The notes below the pieces were generated by a model that did not search any database, had not been told where the DNA came from, and saw nothing but the letters and a program-made list of their open reading frames with translations. Below, piece after piece: positions 37,954 to 47,685 of a stretch of 64,000 bases of DNA. Positions within the stretch are counted from its first letter, which is position 1. The number at the start of each line of letters is the position of its first letter. A program made the position numbers and the translations under genes. This DNA comes from an uncultured Gemmatimonadales bacterium (GTDB lineage: Bacteria > Gemmatimonadota > Gemmatimonadetes > Gemmatimonadales > GWC2-71-9): the NCBI GenBank assembly GCA_963739455.1, contig CAVUAK010000001.1, positions 1,280,001 through 1,344,000 of the forward strand. Reading direction: 5' to 3'.

Positions 37954-39210
37954 ATGCGCGCTCAAGTCCATCTGTCCACCAAGTTCCTGACCACCCAGAA
38001 CGCCCACCAGGTCGGCATCCTCACCACGCTTGCCGGTGACACGCCGCCAACCCGGGCACCGATCAACGTCATCCTGGTGCTCGACCGGTCGGGATCGATG
38101 TCGGGCCAGCCGCTCGCCGCGGCCCTCGAGGCGGCGCGCCGCTTCGCCGGCTTCCTGGGTACCAACGACCGCCTGGGCGTGGTGGCTTTCGATGACGAGG
38201 TGACGGTGGTGAGCGCCCCGGCTCCCGCGGGGAACCCCGCTGTGCTGGACGCGATCAGCCGGATCCAGGCCGGCGGCAGCACCAATCTCTCTGGCGGCTG
38301 GCTCAAGGCGTTCGAGCTGGCGCGGGAAGGCATGGTGGATGGCGTCAACCGGATCGTGCTCCTCACCGATGGCCAGGCGAACGTCGGCATCACCGACCTG
38401 CAGGCGCTCACCGCGATGACGCGTAGTGGCGCTGAGTCGCGTATCAGCACCACCTGCATCGGCTTCGGTTCCGGGTTCAATGAGGACCTGCTGCAGGCGC
38501 TCGGTCGCGAGGGCCGAGGCAACTACTGGTACGTTGAGCGCGACGACCAGATGGCGGGAGTGTTCGAGGGGGAGATCGAGGGACTGGTGGCACTCGCCGC
38601 GCAGAACGTGGTGGTCGAGGTGCGGCTGCTTCACCCGAAGGCTTCCGGAGTCACGTTCTTGCAGCAGTATCCGGTTACCCGCACTGCTGACGGCGGCTGG
38701 TCGGCGTCGCTGGGAGATCTCTACGCCACCTCACCGCTCGCGCTGGGGCTCATCATCCATGTTGACGAGCTCGAGTCACTGGGCGTCACTCCCGTGGCCG
38801 AGGTGAGGTGCATTGCCGATGTGGTGCTGGCGGACGGCATCGAGCATCGCACGATCATCCAGGAGGTGAAGGCCAACCTGGATGGTGCGGATCATCCCGA
38901 GCCGGTGGTGGAGAAGACGTTCCTGCGCTTCGCTGCGGCCACGAGCCGGGATGAGGCGATCAAGCTTGCCGATGCGGGAGACACCGATGGTGCGGCGAGC
39001 GTCTTGAACAACGTGGCGGCGCAGTTCTCGCCCTACCTGGACGATGCGGAGATGGTCCAGGAGCAGTCAGACCTTGCCTCGGAGGCGGCGCGGCTCAAGG
39101 CACAGGAGTACGCGCCTGAGGATCGGAAGTACATGCAGGCGTTCTCGATGAGCATTCGGGAGGGGAAGCGGGCGTACAAGGACAAGCTGCGGAGGCCGGG
39201 GAAGAAGTAA
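37954..39210 (+). CDS. von Willebrand factor A domain protein (YfbK/Ca-activated channel-like, cytoplasmic)
   Basis: GGAGG RBS; MIDAS DRSGS, GGSTN, LLTDG.AN.G, GFG.GFNEDLL. Confidence 0.9.
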   Translation: MRAQVHLSTKFLTTQNAHQVGILTTLAGDTPPTRAPINVILVLDRSGSMSGQPLAAALEAARRFAGFLGTNDRLGVVAFDDEVTVVSAPAPAGNPAVLDAISRIQAGGSTNLSGGWLKAFELAREGMVDGVNRIVLLTDGQANVGITDLQALTAMTRSGAESRISTTCIGFGSGFNEDLLQALGREGRGNYWYVERDDQMAGVFEGEIEGLVALAAQNVVVEVRLLHPKASGVTFLQQYPVTRTADGGWSASLGDLYATSPLALGLIIHVDELESLGVTPVAEVRCIADVVLADGIEHRTIIQEVKANLDGADHPEPVVEKTFLRFAAATSRDEAIKLADAGDTDGAASVLNNVAAQFSPYLDDAEMVQEQSDLASEAARLKAQEYAPEDRKYMQAFSMSIREGKRAYKDKLRRPGKK

Positions 39211-39222
39211 GCCTGAGATGAT

Positions 39223-40071
39223 CTACCTTGCGGCGGCCGCCCGAGCACTGAGCTCGGCGGCCGCTGTCTCGACCCTCCAGGTGCCATCCTTGTAGCCGAT
39301 GACACGGACGGTGCCGTCCATGTCGGTGCGGTAGATCGCTTTCGCGTAGTGACCGTAGTACTGAAGCACCCACTGATCGGGATGACCGTACGAGTTGTTT
39401 CGGCCTACCGAAACAACGACTATCTCGGGCTTCGTGGCCTCGGCCCAGCCTGGAATGATTCCGTTGCGGGCGCCATGATGCGCCGCCTTCATCAGTGTGA
39501 CCTGCGGCATGCCGAGCGAGAGGAAGTACTGCAGTTCCTCGTACTCAGAATCGCCGGTAAAGAGCGCCTTGAATTGTCCGAACTCCAGCAAGACTCCAAC
39601 CGACTCATTGTTTGTGCTCCCACCAAGCCCGGGTGGCGGCAGGATGCGCAGGCTAGTGCTTCCAAGCGCGAACGTATCAGGCGTCGCTGTAGTGCGAGGA
39701 ACGCCCATTCGTCCGAGAACCCACTCGACGAGGTTCCAGTCGCCCGACTTGTACCGTTGTCCATTGTCCATATAGGACGCGACCGCAAACATGCCGAGTA
39801 CGGTTGGCATGCCGCCGATGTGATCCTGATGCGGGTGTGAGGTGATAACCAGATCCAGGGAATCGACGTGCCATTCCCTGAGACGGTCGAGGATAGCTGC
39901 GTTGCGCCCGGCATCGATCAGCGCCGCCCGTCCCTCGAACGACCGCACCAGCACCGCGTCCCCCTGGCCCACGTCGAAGAAAATGACCTCGATCGAGTCC
40001 GCCTGCTGGGCACCGAGCGGGTGCCCGAGACCCAGGACGAGGGCAGTAAGAGCAACAAGTTTGCGGAGCAT
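39223..40071 (-). CDS. Exported ComEC/Rec2-like metallo-beta-lactamase-fold hydrolase (probable nuclease)
   Basis: Signal peptide; DVGQGD, SHPHQDHIGG, NNES, FTGD, HHG, N.YGHP, RTD.DG. Confidence 0.9.
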   Translation of the reverse strand: MLRKLVALTALVLGLGHPLGAQQADSIEVIFFDVGQGDAVLVRSFEGRAALIDAGRNAAILDRLREWHVDSLDLVITSHPHQDHIGGMPTVLGMFAVASYMDNGQRYKSGDWNLVEWVLGRMGVPRTTATPDTFALGSTSLRILPPPGLGGSTNNESVGVLLEFGQFKALFTGDSEYEELQYFLSLGMPQVTLMKAAHHGARNGIIPGWAEATKPEIVVVSVGRNNSYGHPDQWVLQYYGHYAKAIYRTDMDGTVRVIGYKDGTWRVETAAAELSARAAAAR

Positions 40072-40116
40072 GCCCGCGCAACCAGCAGGGAGCGTGCCCA
40101 AGCCCGCAGACGAGCG

Positions 40117-42015
40117 TCAAGGCGCCCGGTAGAACGGCTCCCCTGCCTCTGCCTCGAACCTTGCCCGCTTCTTCCGCGACGCTCGGTCCAGCAGCAGGCA
40201 GGCCCAGTCGCCCTTGATTGGCATTCCCTCAATCACTGCGCTCCGCACCTTGTTCAGGTGCTCGCGCCGGTCGAATGACGTCGCGTACTGCCAGATGCTC
40301 TTCCGGGCCAGCACCGCCAGTCCGTAGAACGGCATTTCCGGGAAGTGCTGGACTTTCTTCCGCACCAGCGTGGCACTGCTGATCTCGGGAATCGCCTTGA
40401 GTGCGTCTCGCAGGAGCTGAAGCTCCGACTCGGGGAGCCCGTGCGGCTCGATCGGGTCGCCGATCACGAACGTTGCCCGCTCCTGCCGTGCCACATCAAC
40501 GTTGTCGATGTGTGCCTGTGCCCGGTTCACGTATCGCTCTGCTTCTGCCGGCCGGCCACGAGCCGTAAGGAAGCTGTGCGCCTGGCGGCACGCTTCGAGC
40601 ACATCGATACCGCCGAGCGCGAGTGCGCGATCGACGAACACCAGCCCTGCCTCATCACCCGCGCGGAGAAGGCCCAGGCCCCACGCCACCTGGGCCGGCG
40701 CGAACTCCGGTGTGTCGGTCGCGATCTGCTTGATGAGAGCGTCTCCTTCCTCACCCCGCTCCTCGTCCCAGAGGAGCCTCGCCCGCTCCCATCGCTCCGC
40801 AGCGCTCAATGAGCCCGCCTCGGCCGCATCGAGCTTCGCCAGGCGCTCCCGGTTGGCGAGCACCTCGGCGTGGGCCTTCTGCCACTCCGAAAGCATCGTG
40901 TCGCTCCACAGCTTGTCCGCCTCCTTCATCAAGGCTGGCAACGCGTCACCCAGGATTTCCGTCATGGCGCTCACCCCGACCGGATCAGGCAGCCTCGGCG
41001 CTTCGCCCAGCGCCTCGAGTCGTTCCCTGAGGCACGGATGCGAGTCCAGGAGGCCGGTCTGCTCCGATAGCGCCGGCATCAGCCCGCGTGCGATCTCGTC
41101 ATGCCTGGTGGGCTCACCCACCCACCGGCACAGGGCGCTGATGGTGTCGTTCGTGGGTAGCGGATGCTTCCGGACATGTCGCTGGATGTGCGGGATGCCC
41201 ACTCCTGCAATCCAGCGGCTCGCGAGTTCGATGCGAACCAGGGCGTCGGCGTACTCCCGGTTGGTGACCAGCGAGGCGCCGAGTCGATCGGCCCGATACT
41301 CCACCACGCGTGACATGACCACACTGTAGGCGTTGAAGAGCGGTGCGTACCACTTCGCGAAGCGGGCAAGCTGCTGGTTCGCCGCGGTGGGATTCTTCCT
41401 GAGCTCCACGAGCAGGCTGTTCCAGGACTTGTGCTGCCGATAGATCCAGGCTCCCCACCCGGGGTCGGCATTCAGAAGGTGGGCCATCTCGTGCGCCAGC
41501 GCCGCGCGAAATTCGCGGACGCTCAACACCTGCATGAGGGCCAGGCCGAGGACGAGATAGTTGCGATGCCACCCGAAGACGCCAAGCCTCGGCACCTGGA
41601 CCACGCCTGCGTTGACATCCATGTCGAGCAGCACAGCGTCGATGCGGGGCCCGCCTATCTCCTGGCGGACCTCCTCGACGATGCGGAAAAGGTCCGGAAA
41701 CCGCTCCGGCGTAGCCGGTATTCCCCTTGGCGTGGGGATCTCCACCCAGAGCGCCCGCAGCACGATGACCAGCCCGGCCAGGGCCGGAGCCAGCAGGGTG
41801 AGGGGGCCCTGCATTCCCGGCTGGGTGAAGGCGCTCCAGATCCCGCCGATGACAAGGGCAACCAGCAGCACGACGACGCCAACGAGGACGAAATAGCCGA
41901 GGGCGACGACGCCCAGCACGCGAAGCTGGTACAGGCGGGGGTGAGCAACAGCAGTCCGTTGGAGCCCGAGGACGAGTGCCTCGAGCTTCCGGTATTCATC
42001 GGCGCTCCTGATCAT
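40117..42015 (-). CDS. M48 (HtpX-like) membrane Zn metallopeptidase with C-terminal TPR-like region
   Basis: Two TMs, VNAGV, AHEMAH, EYRAD, DSHP.L.ERL. Confidence 0.88.
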   Translation of the reverse strand: MIRSADEYRKLEALVLGLQRTAVAHPRLYQLRVLGVVALGYFVLVGVVVLLVALVIGGIWSAFTQPGMQGPLTLLAPALAGLVIVLRALWVEIPTPRGIPATPERFPDLFRIVEEVRQEIGGPRIDAVLLDMDVNAGVVQVPRLGVFGWHRNYLVLGLALMQVLSVREFRAALAHEMAHLLNADPGWGAWIYRQHKSWNSLLVELRKNPTAANQQLARFAKWYAPLFNAYSVVMSRVVEYRADRLGASLVTNREYADALVRIELASRWIAGVGIPHIQRHVRKHPLPTNDTISALCRWVGEPTRHDEIARGLMPALSEQTGLLDSHPCLRERLEALGEAPRLPDPVGVSAMTEILGDALPALMKEADKLWSDTMLSEWQKAHAEVLANRERLAKLDAAEAGSLSAAERWERARLLWDEERGEEGDALIKQIATDTPEFAPAQVAWGLGLLRAGDEAGLVFVDRALALGGIDVLEACRQAHSFLTARGRPAEAERYVNRAQAHIDNVDVARQERATFVIGDPIEPHGLPESELQLLRDALKAIPEISSATLVRKKVQHFPEMPFYGLAVLARKSIWQYATSFDRREHLNKVRSAVIEGMPIKGDWACLLLDRASRKKRARFEAEAGEPFYRAP

Positions 42016-42048
42016 GCGGACAAAACTACCTGCAGTTCCAGCGCCGCG

Positions 42049-43896
42049 TCAGCGCTCGCATCCCTCCCGCACGAAGGTGTCGGCGATCGACATGATGCGC
42101 CAACCCTGCGGCGTCTTCAGGAGCTGGACCGCATCGACCCCGCAGTGACTGAACTCCTGCCCGAAGTGGAAGTCATACTGCGCCCACACCGTAGCCAGCG
42201 TGCCACTGACCCGAACCTCCGGATTGAAGGCGCGCTCGGTCCATGCTGGCCGGGTGTCGCGCGCCACGAGTGCCGCGAAGTCCGCCCAGGTGATATGCTG
42301 CACGTGGGGCGGATTCCCATCACGACCGGGACGCATTCCCACCAGCACAGCCTGCGAATCGAACACCTGTCGCATCGCCGCAGTGTCCTTCGCGTGCATC
42401 GCATCGAACAGGCGCTGCACCACCGCGAGCACCTCCCGCTGGTCATCGGGTGAAGGTGCTGATGCCGGGGCCGCCGCCTTCTTCTCCTCCATCGGTGCGG
42501 TGACCGCGACGCGCGCCTTCTCCTTGAACGCCTCGAGTGCCGCCGAGTCGTACCAGGCGCCTCCTGCGACCACGCCAACGATCGACTGCGTGTTCGCGAT
42601 ATCGGTGAGTGGATTGGCGGAGAGCAGCAGCATGTCGGCTCGCTTGCCCACCTGGATCGTGCCCTGCTCGTCGGACACGCCAAGCCACGCGGCTGGCACT
42701 ACCGTCGCCGCGCGGAGTGCCTGATAGGGCGTGAGCCCCGCAGCCACCAGCGCCTGCAGCTCGCGATGGAGCATCCAGCCGTAGGACATGAGCCCGCCGG
42801 GGCCGTCGGATCCCGCCATCACCTCGCCGCCCGAGTCCACGATCGCCTTCACCATGCGGTTCCGGACCTGCTGGTAGCGCGCGCGCTGCGCCGCTGTCGG
42901 CGGGTTCTTCCAGTAGAAGGTGCGGGAGCGTTCCCATGGCCCGAGCATCGCGGGCGGCAGGTACTGGTACTCGGGCCGTGCCTTGACCTGGGCGTCGGTG
43001 TACTCGATGGCGAACCAGGAATTGAAGAAGGCCGCCGTCGGCGTCACGAACACGCCCGCCCGCGCGGTCGCACCGGCGAGAGCCTCGAGCTTCGCTTCAT
43101 CGACGTATGCGAGCGAGTTCCAGTTCTTCGCCCGGTAGGCGTTCACGTCGCTCACCGACACGCGGCTCGGCGCGGAGTCGGCGAGGATCGTCTCCATGTA
43201 GTTGTCGAGATGCTCGATCTGCTGCCCCGCCGCGAGCGCCATCGGCACTCCCACGCGCGGGTCGACATGGCCCGTGACGCGAATACCCGAGGCCTGCGCC
43301 TCGGCCATGATCGCGGCGTACACGTCAGGGGTGATGTTCGTCGTGAGCTTGATGAAGTTGTAGCCGGACGCGCTGGCGCTCCGCACCGCGGCACGCGCCT
43401 CCTCGGCGTTACGCACGAGGAGCGTGTTGATTCCCGAGTCACCCGAGAGTTGCGGCGACGAGACCCAGAGCCGGGGGCCGGGCAACGTCCCCTCACGCAC
43501 CTCGCGCTGCAGTTCGAGGTGCTGTGGGCGGCCGATCTGCAGGCGTGCGGAAGTCGTGCCGAGCGCCAGGTAGAGGCCCAGTTCAGCGGGGGCCGCCGAC
43601 TCGGGGGCGTACTCATCGGAGAAGAGGTGCGCGTGCATGTCGGTGAGGCCGGGCATGAGGTACATGCCGCGTCCGTCGATGCGCCGCATGCCTGTGGGTA
43701 CCGGCGTGGTCCCGGCCGGCCCCACCGCGGCGATCCGTCCGGAGCGCACCACCACCGTGGCGTTCCGGAGCGGCCGGTCGCTCGTCATGGTGATGACGGT
43801 GGCACCGGTGATCGCGAATGGTTCGGGGTCGGGTCCGCGGCTGGACAGGAGCGCGCCGGTAGCGGCCGCCAGGAGCAGGGCGGGGGAGATAAGCAT
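42049..43896 (-). CDS. Exported amidohydrolase fused to C-terminal NTF2/SnoaL-like domain
   Basis: PGLTDMHAH, IEH, AGSD, GKRAD; after an Ala/Pro linker, VQRLFDAM..D...ATVWAQYDF...HCGVD..QL....GWRI. Confidence 0.85.
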   Translation of the reverse strand: MLISPALLLAAATGALLSSRGPDPEPFAITGATVITMTSDRPLRNATVVVRSGRIAAVGPAGTTPVPTGMRRIDGRGMYLMPGLTDMHAHLFSDEYAPESAAPAELGLYLALGTTSARLQIGRPQHLELQREVREGTLPGPRLWVSSPQLSGDSGINTLLVRNAEEARAAVRSASASGYNFIKLTTNITPDVYAAIMAEAQASGIRVTGHVDPRVGVPMALAAGQQIEHLDNYMETILADSAPSRVSVSDVNAYRAKNWNSLAYVDEAKLEALAGATARAGVFVTPTAAFFNSWFAIEYTDAQVKARPEYQYLPPAMLGPWERSRTFYWKNPPTAAQRARYQQVRNRMVKAIVDSGGEVMAGSDGPGGLMSYGWMLHRELQALVAAGLTPYQALRAATVVPAAWLGVSDEQGTIQVGKRADMLLLSANPLTDIANTQSIVGVVAGGAWYDSAALEAFKEKARVAVTAPMEEKKAAAPASAPSPDDQREVLAVVQRLFDAMHAKDTAAMRQVFDSQAVLVGMRPGRDGNPPHVQHITWADFAALVARDTRPAWTERAFNPEVRVSGTLATVWAQYDFHFGQEFSHCGVDAVQLLKTPQGWRIMSIADTFVREGCER

Positions 43897-44030
43897 CGGA
43901 ACCTCGCAGGGAGACCAGGGCAGGGCGGCGCGGGGCGCGCCGGCTGCGGTGCATTCCCATACGGGATTGAGGGTGAGCGAGTGTCGCGAGGGCCCGTTGC
44001 GCTCTCCTGTCCGAAGGATGAGGCTTCTGC

Positions 44031-45650
44031 ATGCTCGTTTTCGAAGTCGTCATCGTGCTGCTCCTGCTCGGCGCGGCGCTCGCCGCGCTGTCGCGCCGGA
44101 TAGGCGCGCCCTACCCGGCGCTCCTGGCCCTCGCCGGTGCCGCACTCGCGCTCCTTCCCGGGCTGCCCACCGTCGTGCTCGATCCCGAGCTGGCGCTGGC
44201 ACTGTTCGTGGCACCGGTGTTGGTCGATGCCGCCTTCGACGCATCGCCGCGCGACCTGAGGGCCAACTGGCGCCCCATCGCCAGCCTCGCGCTTGGTGCC
44301 GTGGCGCTCACCATCGCGAGCGTCGCAATAGTTGCGCGGATGCTGGTTCCCGACATGCCGTGGCCAGTGGCAATCGCCCTCGGCGCTATCGTCGCACCGC
44401 CTGATGCGGCCGCTGCCACTGCGGTTCTCCGGCAACTCCGACCGCCGCATCGGCTGCTCGTCATCCTCGAGGGCGAAAGCCTCTTCAACGACGCGAGCGC
44501 GCTGCTGGTGTACCGGCTCGCGGTCACCTCCATGCTGGCCGGCGCCTTCTCCGGATGGAGCATCGTGCCGACGCTGCTCGCCGTCAGTGTCGGCAGCGTG
44601 CTGCTGGCCCTGGTCCTGGCAAGGATCGGCATGGCGATCAGCGCCCGCATCACGGATGTGTCGACCGCGGTGATCTTCCAGTTCTGCACCACCTTCGGCG
44701 TCTGGATCCTCGCCGAGCGACTGCATCTCTCGGCGATCATCGTGCTGGTGGTGTATGCGATGGCGGCGTCGCGCCGGGCACCCGAGGTGGTACCGGCGCG
44801 CATTCGTATTCCGGCGTGGGCGGTGTGGGAGGTGGCGGTGTTCGTGCTGAACGTCCTCGCGTTCATCCTCGTTGGATTCCAGCTCCGCTCCATCGTGGAG
44901 CGCGCCTCGGGGGAGACCGGTCTTCGCTACACCATGGTGGCGGTGATCGTGTGCGCCGTGGTCATCCTCGCACGCATCGTGTGGGTGACGGCGGCGACGA
45001 CGTTCTTCCGCTGGCGCTCCCACCACCGTGCCGATGGCACTGCGAGCCGGAGCGAGGCAGTGAGGCTCACGCCGGCGGCTGCTTCGGTGGCGAGCTGGGC
45101 GGGCATGCGCGGCACAGTAACGCTCGCTACCGCGCTGGCGCTCCCGACAAGCCTTGGCGACGGCACGCCGTTCCCGTACCGGGACCTGGTGCTGGTGGTG
45201 GCCTTCGGCGTGGTGGTCGGCACGCTCGTGGTTCAGGGCCTGACGCTGCGGCCGCTACTGCTTCGGCTCAAGTTGGTGGACGACGGCATGGTGGACCGCG
45301 AGGTGCGCCTTGCCCGGTTCGAGTCGCTGCAGGCGGCTCTCGCGGCGATCGAGGATTGTCCCGGTGCCGAGACGGCGGCGCTGGTGCGGCATCGCTACGA
45401 GGTGCAGTTGCGTCGCGCGTCGATGGAGCATGAAGCGGGAGATGTGGAGGTGCCCGACACGCCAGAGACCGCCGCGATCCGGAGCGCCGACACCGCCGTG
45501 GTTCGCGCCGCGACCGAGGCGCAGCGTCACCGGCTGGTGGCGCTACGCGACAATGGCACCATCGGGGACGCGGCATTCCAGCGGCTGGAGGTGGAGCTCG
45601 ACTGGGCGGAACTGGACTGGGCGCAACTGCTGCGCGAGGGTCAGGCATGA
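44031..45650 (+). CDS. Na+/H+ antiporter, CPA1 family
   Basis: Multiple TMs, APPDA, LEGESLFND, GMRG.V.LA.AL. Confidence 0.92.
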   Translation: MLVFEVVIVLLLLGAALAALSRRIGAPYPALLALAGAALALLPGLPTVVLDPELALALFVAPVLVDAAFDASPRDLRANWRPIASLALGAVALTIASVAIVARMLVPDMPWPVAIALGAIVAPPDAAAATAVLRQLRPPHRLLVILEGESLFNDASALLVYRLAVTSMLAGAFSGWSIVPTLLAVSVGSVLLALVLARIGMAISARITDVSTAVIFQFCTTFGVWILAERLHLSAIIVLVVYAMAASRRAPEVVPARIRIPAWAVWEVAVFVLNVLAFILVGFQLRSIVERASGETGLRYTMVAVIVCAVVILARIVWVTAATTFFRWRSHHRADGTASRSEAVRLTPAAASVASWAGMRGTVTLATALALPTSLGDGTPFPYRDLVLVVAFGVVVGTLVVQGLTLRPLLLRLKLVDDGMVDREVRLARFESLQAALAAIEDCPGAETAALVRHRYEVQLRRASMEHEAGDVEVPDTPETAAIRSADTAVVRAATEAQRHRLVALRDNGTIGDAAFQRLEVELDWAELDWAQLLREGQA

Positions 45651-46954
45651 CACTCCCGGTTGTCGTGATCGGCGCGGGAGTGGCCGGACTGTCAGCCGCG
45701 CATCATCTCGCGCAGGCAGGTCGTCGCGTAGTCGTGCTCGAGGCGCGGAACCGACCCGGCGGCCGCATCCTTACCCAGCGACATGACGAATCGGGTGCGG
45801 TCGAGCTTGGCGCCGAGTTTGTGCATGGGAATCCGGCGGTGACGCTCGACCTGATGCGCGCTGGAGGCATCGGCCTGATGCCGCTCGAGAGCGATCACTG
45901 GCTGCTTGACCACGGCCGGTTCGTACCGATGGACGACGAGATGGGTGACCTGCACGAACTGATGGCGATGGCCCGGACGGAGAAGACCGACCGATCCGTC
46001 GCGGCGTTCCTGGCAGATGTGGAGCATGACCCCAGGTTCGTCGAGTCGGCGAGGTGGATGCGGAACCTGTTGCAGGGTTTCGATGCCGGCGACCCTGAAC
46101 GCGCGAGTCTCCATGCGATCGTGCGCGAATGGAGTGGCCCCAGCCTGGGTGCGGGGCAGGGGCGTCCCTCTGGCGGCTACGGGAAGCTGGTGGACTTCAT
46201 GGTGCGGCAGCTCGACCCGTCCCTGGTGGAATTGCGGATGGGTGTGCCGGTAGGAGGCGTGTCATGGTCACGGGGCAAGGTGCATGTCGAGCTGGGCAAT
46301 GGCCGCGAGCGTATTGCGGCGAGCGCAGCAGTCATCACGGTGCCACTCAGCCTGCTCCAGTCCTCGCTCGGGAGTTCGCCTGCCATTCGCTTCGACCCTC
46401 CACTCACTTCCAAGGCTGACGCACTGGCCGGACTCGCCATGGGTCCGGTGCACCGGGTGATGATCCGCTACGCCACTCCGCCGTGGGAGGCTCAGCTGGG
46501 CAGGCCGACTCCTGCGGCGACCTTCCTGCATGCGCCCGAACAGCCGTTCAGGACGTTCTGGACTGGTGACGAGGGATCACCGTGGCTCACCGCCTGGTGT
46601 GGCGGTCCGCCCGCCGCGCGCATGGGTGAGCTCCCCGACTCGGGCATCATCGACCAGGCCATCGCGTCAGCGCACGCGATGTTCGCCGAGTCGATGGGCA
46701 GGGTGCCCGATCCGGTGGAGGTGCGATTCCACAACTGGTCGCGCGATCCGTGGACGCAGGGCGCGTACAGCTACGTCGCGGTCGGGGGGATGGGTGCGCA
46801 GGCGGCGCTGGCGGCGCCGGTGGAAGGAACCTTGTTCTTCGCCGGCGAGGCGACGGATGCGAATGGGGAGGCTGGGACGGTGGCGGGCGCGATCATGTCG
46901 GGTGTGCGGGCGGCGGGGGAGGTTGTCGCTCCAGGGGTAGACCGTCAATTCTGA
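45647..46954 (+). CDS. Flavin monoamine oxidase family protein
   Basis: GAGVAG, EARNR.GGR, ELGAEFVHG, GAYSY, FAGEAT..GTV.GA. Confidence 0.92.
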   Translation: MTLPVVVIGAGVAGLSAAHHLAQAGRRVVVLEARNRPGGRILTQRHDESGAVELGAEFVHGNPAVTLDLMRAGGIGLMPLESDHWLLDHGRFVPMDDEMGDLHELMAMARTEKTDRSVAAFLADVEHDPRFVESARWMRNLLQGFDAGDPERASLHAIVREWSGPSLGAGQGRPSGGYGKLVDFMVRQLDPSLVELRMGVPVGGVSWSRGKVHVELGNGRERIAASAAVITVPLSLLQSSLGSSPAIRFDPPLTSKADALAGLAMGPVHRVMIRYATPPWEAQLGRPTPAATFLHAPEQPFRTFWTGDEGSPWLTAWCGGPPAARMGELPDSGIIDQAIASAHAMFAESMGRVPDPVEVRFHNWSRDPWTQGAYSYVAVGGMGAQAALAAPVEGTLFFAGEATDANGEAGTVAGAIMSGVRAAGEVVAPGVDRQF

Positions 46955-47685
46955 CTCGCCGGTCTCCTCGAGAAGGCGACAATGCACAACAGCATCAGCC
47001 CGAGCAGCGTCGCTGACGCCGAGTAACGGCTCAATGCCAGCCCACCATTCGCTATCGGCTTGTCCAGGAAGTCGCCCACTACCGCGCCGAGAGGCCGCGT
47101 AAGGATGAAGGCTGCCCAGAACAGCACTGTTCGCGAAACCTTCGTGAAGTAGTAGGCCGCCGCGATGACGGCCAACGCCCCACCGAACAGGATTGCGGCG
47201 CCACCATACCCGAAACCCGCCGTATCTGCTGTCCAGTCCCCCAGCGCAGTGCCCAGCGTCTGGGAGAACATGATCGTGACCCAGTAGAACATTTCGGACT
47301 GGGACGAGCTGACGGAATTGACGGCGACCGTGCCGAGTGTGCGATACCAGGTAAACAGTGACGCCAACAGCAGGGAGAGGAGGATGGCCGATCCCCCGGC
47401 ATAGCCGACGCCGAGTGAGCGGGTCGTGAAATCGGCGAGGGTGGTCCCCACCGTGGTGGTTGCAACGATGGTGGCCCAGTAGAGGAAGGGATGGAATTTC
47501 CTTGCGGCGACCTGCGCAATCACGGCGACAACGAAAATGGCCCCGAAGATTCCGGTGCTGACGAGATAGCCGAGGTTCATCGACATCGACACGGCGTCCC
47601 CGCCGGTCTCGCCGAGCGTGGTTGCGAGGATCTTGATGACCCAGAAGGCCAGCGTGACTTCAGGAACCTTGCTGGCCTGGTCCAT
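46945..47685 (-). CDS. DUF347 repeat (COG4705) membrane protein
   Basis: SKVPEVTLAFWVIKILATTLGET, QTLGTALGD, FW.AFILTRPLGA. Confidence 0.9.
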   Translation of the reverse strand: MDQASKVPEVTLAFWVIKILATTLGETGGDAVSMSMNLGYLVSTGIFGAIFVVAVIAQVAARKFHPFLYWATIVATTTVGTTLADFTTRSLGVGYAGGSAILLSLLLASLFTWYRTLGTVAVNSVSSSQSEMFYWVTIMFSQTLGTALGDWTADTAGFGYGGAAILFGGALAVIAAAYYFTKVSRTVLFWAAFILTRPLGAVVGDFLDKPIANGGLALSRYSASATLLGLMLLCIVAFSRRPASQN

